From Balanoglossus misakiensis (Eukaryota > Animalia > Hemichordata), in contig CM082598.2 of assembly GCA_040954595.2 (NCBI GenBank), positions 4,975,097-5,039,096 of the forward strand: 64,000 bases of DNA, written 5' to 3'. Below the pieces are notes generated by a model. The model made no database searches. It saw only the letters and a list, made by a program, of their open reading frames with translations, and had not been told where the DNA came from. This document shows, piece after piece, positions 12,401-23,823 of the stretch (positions within the stretch are counted from its first letter, which is position 1; each line of letters opens with the position of its first letter). The translations under genes and the position numbers were made by a program.

Positions 12401-15400
12401 CCAGACTTGCGGAAATGCTTGAATACTTCCTTGTACATGTAGCATTAGTCATTGTAATACTGTAAAACATTTTATTTTCGCGAGCAATAAATTTTCGCAA
12501 AATACGCGAGAGCCAAAATAGCGTGAAAATAAAAGTCGCGTAATTTTTTTTAAAAGATAACGATGCAGTAAATGAAATAAAAGAATGCAAAACAATTAAT
12601 ACTCGCGAAACAGTGGCCTCTCTCGATATTGCAAAAATTTCAACTTGCGAAAATAAAGTGTTTTACAGTAAATTCTTGTTCTTGTAGGCACTGACACTTT
12701 AGGTCGACCAGTGGTTGCCTTTTATAGCTGTAATCTGCCACCAAGTAGTACCATCAGTCATCCCAGGTTGCTAAGGTAACTAATTTACATATGCCCATGT
12801 ATGGTAAAAAGGGTGTGTCTGAGTATTCTAAAGAAATTTAGTGAAAAACTTGTTTTGTTTTTGGCGTGGCCACCCAGTGAAAATCTGTGATTGGTAAGAT
12901 CAACTTTGCATATGTGTGCATAGTTGACAGTAAACCTTTCAGTCTGTTGGTACCATATCAACAAATTGCCAAAGAGTATAAAGCTACCAAGGTGAAGATC
13001 ATGAATAATTTGAAGGTATATTCTGAAACATTTTTCTCCATTCCTTCCTCCAACAGATATCTGAAGTTCACTCTGGACAAGTATGTAGAGAACGATTACA
13101 CATTAATTTATTTCCATTATGGACTGAGCCGTGACAATAAGCCTTCCTTTGGGTGGCTAAGGCAAGCATACAGAGAATTTGACAGAAAGTAAGTCTCTAT
13201 ATAATCAGTCTTTTCTGATTATATTTCTTGTGTTTTGAATTTGATGTCCCCAAATCGAGATTTTAACCTCACCACATATATTGATTTATTTTTGTGATGT
13301 AGCACAATTTATTAGAGGCTGGGATTTAGCCGGCTGGTTTTTACACACCAACTTCCTTGTTAAATTGGTGCATTGAAATTTTGACTGTGAATCCCATATT
13401 TCCCTATTTTCTCCATTCCTTTGCACAACAGGTACAAGAAGAATCTAAAGGCTATGTATTTAGTTCATCCGACCAACTTCATCAAGATTCTGTGGGGGCT
13501 CTTCAAGCCCATCATCTCGGCCAAATTTGGGCGCAAAGTGCAATATGTGAATTGTCTCAAGCAGCTGGAAAGTGATGTGCACTTGGAGCAACTCACAATC
13601 CCAGATCCTGTGAAAGAGTAAGTCTTTTTATACTAAATTTGTTGTAGTTCGAGTACTTGGAGTTTAAAGGGACAAAGTCTCTCTCTCGCTGCCCTTTTTC
13701 CATTAATTATGTTTGATACAAGAAACCGGAAGGTGTGTGTGATTGAACGTTCATTCACTATATATCCACATGTAGGATAATATAAACAGTGTCTTGTATC
13801 AAACATAATTAATGGGAAAAGGGCAGCGAGAGAGAGACTTTGTCCTAGGATGTAGTGTGCACTTTGCAGGTCTCTATCAGATGCAAGGTACACTACCACC
13901 TGGGGTGTCACTTTTGATTGGTACTTTGTATTACAATCACATTGTTTGCAATGATGTACATTGTAGCAGTTACACTACAGTGTAATACAAAGTAACCACC
14001 ACATTGTTTGCAATGATGGACATTGTAGCAGTTACACTACAGTGTAATACAAAGTAACAATCGCATTGTTTGCAATGATGTACATTGTAGCAGTTACACT
14101 ACCTGCTTTGTCTTGCTGGTAACTGAGTCATATAGGACCCATGGATGGTGACCAATAGGAGCGCTTCTCTCTTACAGGCACGATGACCGAGCCATGACAA
14201 AATACAAAAGCAAGATCGGCAAAAGTACAGTATCGCCGCAACCGCAGGCATCGCAGCCTCAGCCAACTCAGCAATTTGCAGTGCCCTTGCAATTGTAAGT
14301 CGTGGTGAATGTTTCACAAACTGAATGTGCCAAGTGTATTGACATGTACTGTAAAACACTTTATTTTCGCGAGTCAAAATTTTCGCGATATCGAGAGAGG
14401 CAACTGTTTCGCAATTATTAATTTTCACGTTCTCTTATGTCATTCACTGCATCATTATCTTCAAACTTTTTATTTTCACGCTATTTTGGCTCTCGCGTAT
14501 TTCGCAAAAATTTACAGTATTCTTTGCCAGTGACTTCTGTGTGAGGACGTCCCCAAAAAGAGCAATTTTATCCTGATTTTGTCAATGCGGGTTCATTGAT
14601 AACATAATTTGTAGCATAAACCTTGCTTTCTAGGATCCAGTGATTTGCTATTTTTCGTGTCAGTCATTAGAAATTAGCAAGAACTAATTTATCCAGGTAA
14701 AATGGTCCACTTCAGTTGCATGTGGTCAAACGCCCCTTCTCATACTAAATTGTAAGTTTGGCATACTCTTGTTCACCAGTTTACATAGTAATCATCTCAC
14801 TGTATTTACTTTCTGACATTACAGCTTAAAAGATCACAATAATGGTGTTATTCTACCGAAAGTTATGACAGAAACTGTTGAATATCTTCAAGAAAAAGGT
14901 GAGTTTATTATTAAACCATTATCATACCTTCACTTCCTGCTTTCAGTTTGATGGTATAGAAAGTTTTTGGGAGGATAGTATAGTTTGCCCACACGCACAC
15001 TCTATTTTCATAACTTCAGTGGTATGGGTTATTTTTTCTTCAGGACTTGACACTGAAGGCATATTCAGACGGTGTCCGAATGCTGCTGTAGTCAGAGATG
15101 TACAGAGTAGGTACAACAATGGTATGTTGGATTCATGATAATACTGTAAAACACTTTATTTTCGCGAGTTGAAATTTTCGCGATATCGAGAGAGGCCACT
15201 GTTTCGCGAGACTTAATTTTCTCATTCTCATATTTCATTCACTGCATCGTTATCTTCAAAAAAAATTTATGCGACTTTTTATTTTCACGCTATTTTGGCT
15301 CTTGCGTATTTCGCGAAAATGTATTGCTTGCGAAAATAAAGTGTTTTACAGTAATGTCTGTGCAATTAATGTCACATCACACTACTGTTTCGTCAAGCCT

Positions 15401-16212
15401 TAGTATACAGAGTTTTGATACCAATTTTTCTAGTTTTAATTTTTTTAAATTTATTTTTACAGGTGAATCTGTGGACTATGGTCCTCTGTTGGACATACAT
15501 ATACCTGCAGCTATTCTCAAAACATTTCTCAGAGAACTGCCAGAACCACTTATGACGTTCGAGTTATACAATCAGATTATTGCTGTCAAAGGTACATACA
15601 CTTGTTCTGTGAACAGACCCAATAAGCAATTTGTACATCCTCTTCATAGTAGTGCTGTAATATTTATTATTTATACCATATTTTAGCTAGCGTTCCCTAC
15701 ACTATATCGCAATGTATTGTACAGTTTGGCTGGAGGCCGGCTAAAAGTACTGCAATTTAAGTGTATTATATATCTAAAGAAATGCTCATGTCAAGATGTA
15801 TGGGCCTTTAAGCAACTATTCTGTTCTCTCAATGTGTTCTGCAATGTGATGCATATCTTAACCACTTTTAATAGTTTTTGCTATTTAACTGCTGTGGTTT
15901 CGTTCTAATTCATTATTTTCTGTGGCTATGAAAGGCTATTTTGTAATTTCACATATCACCAGCTCATTTTGTATTTGCTGTTAATATTTCAGCACTGAAC
16001 GAAGGGGAACAAGTCCAAGCATGTCAAACCATTGTCAGTGAAAACTTACCAGAGCACAACTATGTTGTCTTGAAATATCTCTTTGATTTCCTCTTGAAGG
16101 TAAGTTGTATTTATGAACTCTGGACCTTCTGAGTACCAGATCTGAGTGATGTGGTTACCTTATCTGTCATATTATATCATATTTTATTTGTCATCATCAT
16201 CATCATCATCAT

Positions 16213-16246
<34 letters not shown>

Positions 16247-16636
16247 GTCATTGTCATCATCATGAGCATCACCGTCATCATCATCATCATCATCATCATC
16301 ATCACCATCACCATCATCAGCATCATCATCAGTACTTTGCAACTGGCTGTGTAAATGTGATATCTGAAATATGATTATATTTTTTGTCTTGTACTTACCA
16401 AAATTGTTTATATCCCACTTCATATTTTTAATTTCCCTTTTCAGGTGGTGGAATACGAGGACCAGAATAAGATGAATTCAGTGAATTTAGCCATCATCTT
16501 CGGTCCGAACTTAGTCTGGTCTACAAACGAAGCAGCATCGTTAGTAGCAATGGCACAAATCAATACTTTCACAAAGTTGTTGATAAACCACCACGCACAG
16601 ATATTTACCCGAGAGATAGCGAATGAACATTCATAG
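9442..16636 (+). CDS. ARHGAP1: Rho GTPase-activating protein 1/8-like (BCH/Sec14-like domain + RhoGAP domain)
   Basis: Exons 9442-9613, 11883-12050, 12688-12775, 13057-13188, 13432-13617, 14178-14294, 14825-14898, 15044-15121, 15463-15591, 15993-16099, 16445-16636, all GT-AG and in frame. BCH motifs [23 protein letters not shown] and [14 protein letters not shown]; RhoGAP arginine finger [44 protein letters not shown]1 and ARHGAP8 are probably co-orthologous. Confidence 0.93.
9967..10148. mobile_element. MITE family C (about 190 bp, TTAA TSD, Kolobok-type termini)
   Basis: TTAA-AGGTATACGGTCACC...GGTGACCGTATACCT-TTAA. Other copies at 42898-43090, 44462-44656, 54746-54938, 55470-55662; degenerate or interrupted copies at 32048-32397, 34486-34652, 44222-44416, 60273-60410. 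Confidence 0.85.
12458..12670. mobile_element. MITE family A (about 210 bp, TA TSD, Tc1/mariner-type)
   Basis: TA-CTGTAAAACA(C/T)TTTATTTTCGCGAG...CT(C/T)GCGAAAATAAAGTGTTTTACAG-TA. Twelve copies in the window, in both orientations. Confidence 0.9.
13925..14102. repeat. 62-bp minisatellite, about 3 copies, reverse complement of 1215-1398
   Basis: CATTGTTTGCAATGATG recurs at 13940, 14002, 14064. Confidence 0.9.
14347..14519. mobile_element. MITE family A copy (internally deleted)
   Basis: Left TIR intact; right TIR shortened to TTTACAGTA. Confidence 0.8.
15142..15353. mobile_element. MITE family A copy
   Basis: Both TIRs and TA flanks present. Confidence 0.9.
16190..16331. repeat. (ATC)n microsatellite
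   Basis: Long imperfect TCA run in the last ARHGAP intron. Confidence 0.95.
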
Positions 16637-19254
16637 AAGTAGCGGACATTTGAGATGTTTTGTTGAGTACTTATGGACGTGTAGTTAGAGCACAGGTCCT
16701 GTAGGATAAAGCAGATATGTACATTTGTGAAAAAATCATGTTTGCCAAGAATTCTTTCTGTTTGTGTGGAGAACTCACTTGAGCCTGGCAGCTTCGTATG
16801 TTATCTGAAAACTTTACGTTTTGATTTTGCATGTACTGAGTAGACCCATGAAATCAGTATATTCTAAGTACATTTTCGTTCCACTACTGGCACATGAATA
16901 TTTAATTTAAATTACCATTTAATTTAATATTCAGAAGATTTGGTGATTGCGTTTTGCATATATTAATGTGACTATTAAAGAATACTGCTTGAAATTTGCC
17001 CACCATGAAGATGATTATTGTTAACATTGGATTTTTGTCTTTCTGCAACTCTATTGTCATCACAACCTCTTTATATGCAATGATGTAAAAGTAAAAAATT
17101 CCTTGCTCAATAAGAATATTTTAAAATTACTAAATAAATCTTTATCATGCGTTTTATTGCTCTGTTATTTTCAATGTAATTGATGTGTTTGTTAGGACCC
17201 CATGGAGTTCATAGACATTTTTCTTCAGTTAGTCAGTTTGTGCTATTCCGACTCATATTTACATCATGATTATTAGTAACTATTATACTGCCACCAAAAC
17301 TTTCAAAATTAAAATTCTGGTTATTTAAAATGAGTAAATTTTGTAAACACAGTGTGGTGAAAATCCTGTTTTGTCTTTTGTTTTCAAAAGTTCTCCTCAC
17401 ACACTTAATATTGCAAAGAATTTAAAGGTTTTTAGGACTCGCTTTTTTTTCTGAGAATCTGTCCATATGTAGTATTTGAAGCATGACAGTCTTGAAATTG
17501 TCCGTAGTCTGGGAAATTATGGTGTACATGGTGTATTCTAGTCTTCTGGCTCTTCCATTTTAAATGGAAAATGAAAATGTCTGTGATAGCATTTTGCATG
17601 TATATAGAGGTTCTGAGATACATAAGATTGAATAAAACATACTTTTTGTCAACAACAAATACCGGTAAGTGTTGGTGGTCATATTGTGTATGTGTCTGTG
17701 TCTCTCCGTGTATGCGTGTGTGCGCACAACTATATCTGTTCAAAATAAATCTAATTTTAACATTGTTGGTGTATACATGATATAATGACTTAGCTTGAAA
17801 TACTGACTTTTTGAATTTGGAAACATCCAGACTTTAATTAATTAATTAAACAAAATAACCTCTTAAAAGCAAAGTTCATTTTCTGATACACGCTTATATA
17901 AACCTCTACAAAGTTTTGTCGCTGGAAATCCTGGTAGGCTGATTGGCTGGCCATAGCCAGTGACCATTTCTGACTGGATAATAGCGGCTGGTTTGTGGCC
18001 AATCGTCTTTTACGAATTGGACCACGTGACCAGCTGGCAAATTGAAACGTCATTTCCTTTAATGGCTGCGAGAGACGGGAGGCGCTGAACTCTCGGACTT
18101 TCTCGGACAATAAGATGCCGTAAGAGACTGATTTTTAACGTTTCGTTGTGCAGTTTGACAAATAGTGATCCAGGGAAGTGACTTCTGTTCAAAATTTACT
18201 CTGCGGAAATGTAGTGCGGTCACATTTCACAACTAAAGTAAGCAAAGAGGAAAATCACGTACATGTCGTCAGTACATCCGGGATATATGGGAGCATGACG
18301 AGCGTCGCCATTACAGCCGTATGGAAATAACAAGATGTTTACTCTGGTAAGTTGCTGTTTTTTCTCGTATTTTTGCAGCGAACATGGACAACGGGCAATG
18401 TATATCGTTCAGATTCGTATCCGGTTGTTTCCGATGCTTTTAAAGAGAACTATTTTTAGGCAAGACGTCGAGAGCTTAGACTAAAAAAGTTCAGAGATAT
18501 TGTTTCTATGTTCATCAAGCCCGTCTACATAAACAAAGAACGCCAGCCGCGTGCTGGGAATGAACGTATTTCTGATTTGTTTACATGGGTAGTTCTTTGC
18601 GTCTTCGGGTATTCAGAATCACACGGTGTGGGAAGCTATATGTTTAGATCTTGAATTTAGCTTGGAGAAAATAAAACAATTTACTTCGAGAAGGTGGTGT
18701 GGGTCACGAGGTCACTTCCGGTTTAACATGGTCTGTGCGCAATCGACTTATGTTTTCGTAGGTTATGTAAAGGAAACTCCATTCGAACGAAAAACCAATC
18801 GAATTTTTATAAGTTCATGTATGTTAGCATCGCTCTGTGAGGGAATTACGATCGATTTTGTTCCGAGTCGCAATTTTTTGGTGTTTTTTCACTCCGTATG
18901 TCAGCTGGCATCATGGCGTACTGTTGCCAATGATCGTATACTCGGGCGACGTAGTTTGAAGTTAGCAGGCAGACTAAACAGTGCATGAGCGCACAGCTTT
19001 GTTATGTGTATATTTTGAAAGACTAATATGTAATGTGTGTGAAATTGCATGGACGCCCCAAAGCGCCCCTTTTATTTTATCGATTTCACTGTATTTAGAA
19101 ACTACTATCTCATAGGCGCCTAACGCATCCCTATCCGTGTGGGAAGGCCGTGGTGATCGCAACTTACTGTAACACTAAATTTTAGATTATATTATATCAT
19201 GCTACCGTCCGCAATTCTGATTGGACGAGAGCTCAATCCAGCGATGCTAAAATT

Positions 19255-19385
19255 AAGCAATAAAACACCCCCACTCGATTTTGACCAGTTCAACTCCATA
19301 TACGCACTCGCTATCGCTCGTGCGTATATGTCGTGAACTGGTCAAAATCTCGTGATATACCATGGCTGGGGGTGTTTTATTGCTA
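19255..19385. repeat. Nested imperfect palindrome (possible Crypton-like non-autonomous element part)
   Basis: AGCAATAAAACACCCCCA...GATTTTGACCAGTTCA...CATATACGCAC.CG-loop-CTCGTGCGTATATG...TGAACTGGTCAAAATC...TGGGGGTGTTTTATTGCT. Confidence 0.75.
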
Positions 19386-19914
19386 TTATATTATGCCAGT
19401 ATATTGAAACTTTGCATAAAACATTTTAAAAAGGCATTTTCTTTAACTATGATATATGACTGTGGTATATGGCTAATATATCACGGTCACGTGTCGTGTC
19501 TCGACCAATCAAATAGCGTGATTTACACCATCAATATACTGGTATAATATAATACTCAATAATGCACTGCTAAAACAGGCCCCTGAACTAGCATACGGCA
19601 GCAAAAATGTGCGGTTAAACCAGTCTCGCGTGTTTAAACCAAATAAATAAAACAAAAATACTGTTGAATTAACGGACGTTTTATTTTGGAACTACTCTGT
19701 GGAAATATTTGTCACTTTGCCACGCGCGATGCCCGTGTTGTCACTTTTTGTCGTCTGCTTCATGTTTAATGCTCGATCCCGGCTGGATCCCGGCCGCTCA
19801 TGTTTACATTCATCGTCGCCATGTTGGTTCACGATCGTAATTTCACTTTCTGACGCCGTTTCGGTAAGAAAATGACACTGATATGCCACAAAAACAATTG
19901 TTGATATAATATAA

Positions 19915-20058
19915 TAGCAATAACCCTCGCCTCAGTCGGGTATACACTCGATTTGGGTACAATTCGCTCCATATAGCACTCGCCTGACGGCTCATGCTAT
20001 ATGTCTCGAATTGTATCCAAATCTCGCGTATACCCGCCTGCGGCGGGGGTTATTGCTT
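19915..20058. repeat. Nested imperfect palindrome with the same architecture as 19255-19385
   Basis: AGCAATAACCC...CGGGTATAC...GATTTGG.TACAATTCG...CATATAGCA-loop-TGCTATATG...CGAATTGTA.CCAAATC...GTATACCCG...GGGTTATTGCT. Confidence 0.75.
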
Positions 20059-21446
20059 AAATAACCCTATTACAGTCAACATGTTCCTGAAAAAGGCCAA
20101 CAACATTACGCTCATTTCGGTACCATTCCAGTGGCAGTAAAATTTTCTTTCAAGCACTAACATAGGATTTTTTATGTGGTAGTTAAGGATGCGCGCCGTT
20201 TGACTTGAGTAACTAACCACATATTTACAAACATACATGTTGGTTTCTTGTACTCATTGTGCTTAAAATAAAAAGTCTTCTGGTTTTCGAATTCGTTAAC
20301 GGTATTTGCGGTTTGGTGTGGGATTTATAAAAAAACTGAGCTGTAATAGAACCAATCGAAAAGCTACAACGGTATGTTGGCCTACGGTAAAGCTTTTCAC
20401 GCTCGGCGGCCATCATGCAGCTACGCCCCGTCGGCGTATGTGCATAGCCCCGCGGCCAGTACATTGATCCGAATAGATGGTTAAAAACGTCAAGCGAGCC
20501 GAAAATGTCACAGAGAACGAACTTGGTACCAATCTGTGCACAGCTAAATGTCCGGTGTCACAAAAATCGAAAATATCCTACGTAAAAGGTTCAAAGAAAG
20601 TGATTGTCCAGACGCTGCAAGCATGTGTAATCGAGGCGAGCCGGAAGTCAAATGAACGGTTACTCATGTTGGAACCCCCATGGTGCTTCGCGCGTGACCC
20701 ACACCACCTTAAATTTACTTTGAGATACACGAGCTACTTGTAAATTTGTATTTTGTCATTCCCAAGGCATAGAGCTGCCATTGTCATATAAATGAAGTGC
20801 CATGCATTTTGTAGGCGAGAATTTGTATGCAAAAGTTTCTACAGTTGCGTGTTTTTGTGTTGTTCCCTGTTTTCCGTGTCGAACATCTGTCTTAAATTAG
20901 GAAGTGAGTTTTATAGTAATATGTATGGTCTTTTTAATTGCAGATTCTTCCTCGACAGAAGGCATTCATGGTAACAGAGCGACCGAACCAAACCCATTTA
21001 GGAACTGTTGAAGTTGTCCAAAGGTAGACCCAGATTTTACAATTTTACATAGTGTCATAGGGAATTGGAACTATTGTGTGATTACAAGATATCCAAAATT
21101 GTACCATAGGAAGTACTTGCATAGACAGTAGTGATAGCTAGGTGTACGACGATTCTTAATTCCAAAAGTGTCAAAATTTTACTTAAAAAGATTTTGTCAA
21201 ACGAAATAGGTCAATACAGAGCAATTTTGTAACTTTAATAATAATGAATAAACCAAGAATAAAATAACTAAATAGTCAACTATTGATCTCTGTGGGTGTT
21301 GCGAGGTTGTCTGGATAACCATATGAAGTGACAGTCTTAGTGCATGGTCCTCTTATTGGACCATCCCCAGAGGTGTACTGATATGTCTCTGTGGCTGTTA
21401 CGAGGTTGTCTGGATGACGAAATGAAGCAACAGTGGTCCTCTTATA

Positions 21447-22945
21447 TTGGACCAACCCCGGAGGTGTATGTAGTTGTACTCTGCATAATTTAACACAAAT
21501 ATTGGCGGCCATTTTGAATTTCAAATTTTAGACATTTGGCTTGTTCAAAATTTTCCTGTAATCCCAATTTTTAATTCAGTTCCATAATTAGCTTAATATT
21601 TACTTCTTAATAGTAGGGTTAAATTGCTTAATGGATAAAATCTTAACTGACTGTACGTGTAGTAGGTTTTGTGAATTGTGTATTTTTATAACCTTTTTCT
21701 GGCTAAAAGGTAAACCTTTGCAGGTAGCATGTAGAACTTGTTTAAACTGTTCAAATCAATAACTAGCTTCTTTAATCCCCTAAATGATTTCATAGGTGAC
21801 AGGCATAATTATAATAAATCTCCATTTTGTGTAATTTTAGCTAATAAAACTGAAGAAAAATAGAATAAAAACAGGCAAAAGTAGCAGCTAGTATCTCTTT
21901 AACGACAGTCAACATTATCGCAAAGAAAAAGTGGACAATTTTCTTTGGACCAACCCCAGAGGTGTATGTAGTTGTACTCTGCATAATTTAACACTAATAT
22001 TGGCGGCCATTTTGAATTTCAAATTTTAGACATTTGGCTTGTTCAAAATTTTCCAGTTCTCCAAATTTTTAATTCAGTTCCATAATAGCTTAATATTTAC
22101 TTGATAATAGTAGGGTTAAATTGCTTAATGGATAAAATGTTAACTTACTGTACATGTAGTAAGTTTTGTGAATTCTGTTTTATAACCTTTTTCTGGCTAA
22201 AAGGTCAAATTTTTTAGGTAGCATGTAGAACTCGTTTAAACTGTTCAAATCAATGACTAGCTTCTTTAATCCCTGAATGATCTCATAGGTAACAGGCATA
22301 ATTTTAATAAACCTCCATTTTGTGTAATTTTAGCTCATAAACTGAAGAAAAATAGAATAAAAGCAGGCAAAAGTAGCAGCTAGTATCTTTTTAACGATAG
22401 TCGAGATTATCGCAAAGAAACAGTGGACAACTTTCTTTGGACCAACCCCAGAGGCGTATGTAGTTGTACTCTGCATAATTTAACACAAATATTGGCGGCC
22501 ATTTTGAATTTCAAATTTTAGACATTTGGCTTGTTCAAAATTTTCCAGTAATCCCAATTTTTAATTCAGTTCCATAATTAGCTTAGTGTTTACTTTATAA
22601 TAGTAGGGTTAAAAGTTCAATGGATAAAATGTTAACTGACTACATGTAGTAAGTTTTGTAAGTTTTGTGAATTGTTTACATTAATTTTCATAACCTTTTT
22701 CTGGCTAAAAGGTCAAATTTTGCAGGTAGCATGTAGAACTCGTTTAAACTGTTCAAATCAATAACTAGCTTCTTTAATCCCCTGAATGATCTCATAGGTA
22801 ACAGGCATAATTTTAATAAACCTCCATTTTGTGTAATTTTAGCTCATAAACTGAAGAAAAATAGAATAAAAACAGGCAAAAGTAGCAGCTAGTATCTCTT
22901 TAATGACAGTCAAGATTATCGCAAAGAAAAAATTGACAACTTTTT
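21447..22945. repeat. About 495-bp tandem repeat, 3 copies
   Basis: TTGGACCAACCCC.GAGG.GTATGTAGTTGTACTCTGC at about 21447, 21946, 22437; units are highly similar. Confidence 0.92.
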
Positions 22946-23099
22946 TAAATATTGCAAGGGTTCTTTTAATATTCACGTTATAAAATGAGCTGACAAGTCT
23001 AAAATGTTCTGACAATCAAAACAGTCATGCATATGGTTCACATGAAAAATTACAGTAGCTCATAAAAGACTGTAAAATCTCTGATGATTGAAACAAAAT

Positions 23100-23105
23100 T
23101 TTATT
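23100..23105 (-). promoter_or_regulatory. Candidate polyadenylation signal of ACC
   Basis: AATAAA on the minus strand about 720 nt after the ACC stop codon and before the 495-bp tandem array. Not verified. Confidence 0.35.
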
Positions 23106-23823
23106 TACAGTTCTAGTTGATTAGGAGTCGCACGTGACAGTCTGAGTCAAGTCTGAAATTCATCACATTTCTAATCAGTTGCTTTTGGAAACCTCAAGCT
23201 CAAAGGTCAGGTAAAACAGCGCATAAATTCACTTGTCATAAATATATATTTCCAGTTTTACTTCACTGAAATAATACCAAAATTGCACTGTTTCTTGATA
23301 ATGTACATAAAATTTGCTTAACAATGAGCATAGGCTCACAGTACTTGTCAGGCTACCTAGTTGTGATTCTGACACAGGTAATTGGTGTCAAAGGTCAAAG
23401 TTCAAGCAGAATCTCAACCGTAACTTTAGAAACTTTATTAGTTAGGTATTCTATTCCATGAAAAAATATATACAGAGTTTTACAGTTCAATTGAAGTTTA
23501 ATCTCATGAAAAGCAGGAACTTTTTATACCAATCTGAAAAAAACTTCGGTAAACACACTCTGGCTTTTACAGTTGTATAATTGATATAAATTGAAATTTT
23601 TGTCATTGCTTTTTTCTGTCTGAGCAACCTAAACATTTTAATAAAACTGGCAATAATAATAATCTTTTCGTTTGGCAACATGTCTACACATTTACAAATT
23701 AGGACTGTCACATAACATTCTTGGTCGATTACAAAACTGTGCGCCGTCCAAGCTGTTGTCAAATAAACTAGTTTTGTAAACACAGATTAGGCATATTGTA
23801 AAATACAGTGTTGTCCAAAATTT

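Larger units (their letters stand above)
18693..20708. mobile_element. About 2-kb non-autonomous TIR element (Kolobok-like termini) containing nested palindromic repeats
   Basis: Perfect 16-bp TIR GGTGGTGTGGGTCACG (18693-18708 / 20693-20708); TTAA on the right, AGAA on the left. No transposase ORF recognisable. Confidence 0.6.

Noticed and set aside
16151-16423. Poly-Ile and poly-Asp ORFs
   Set aside because: Translations of an intronic (ATC)n microsatellite.
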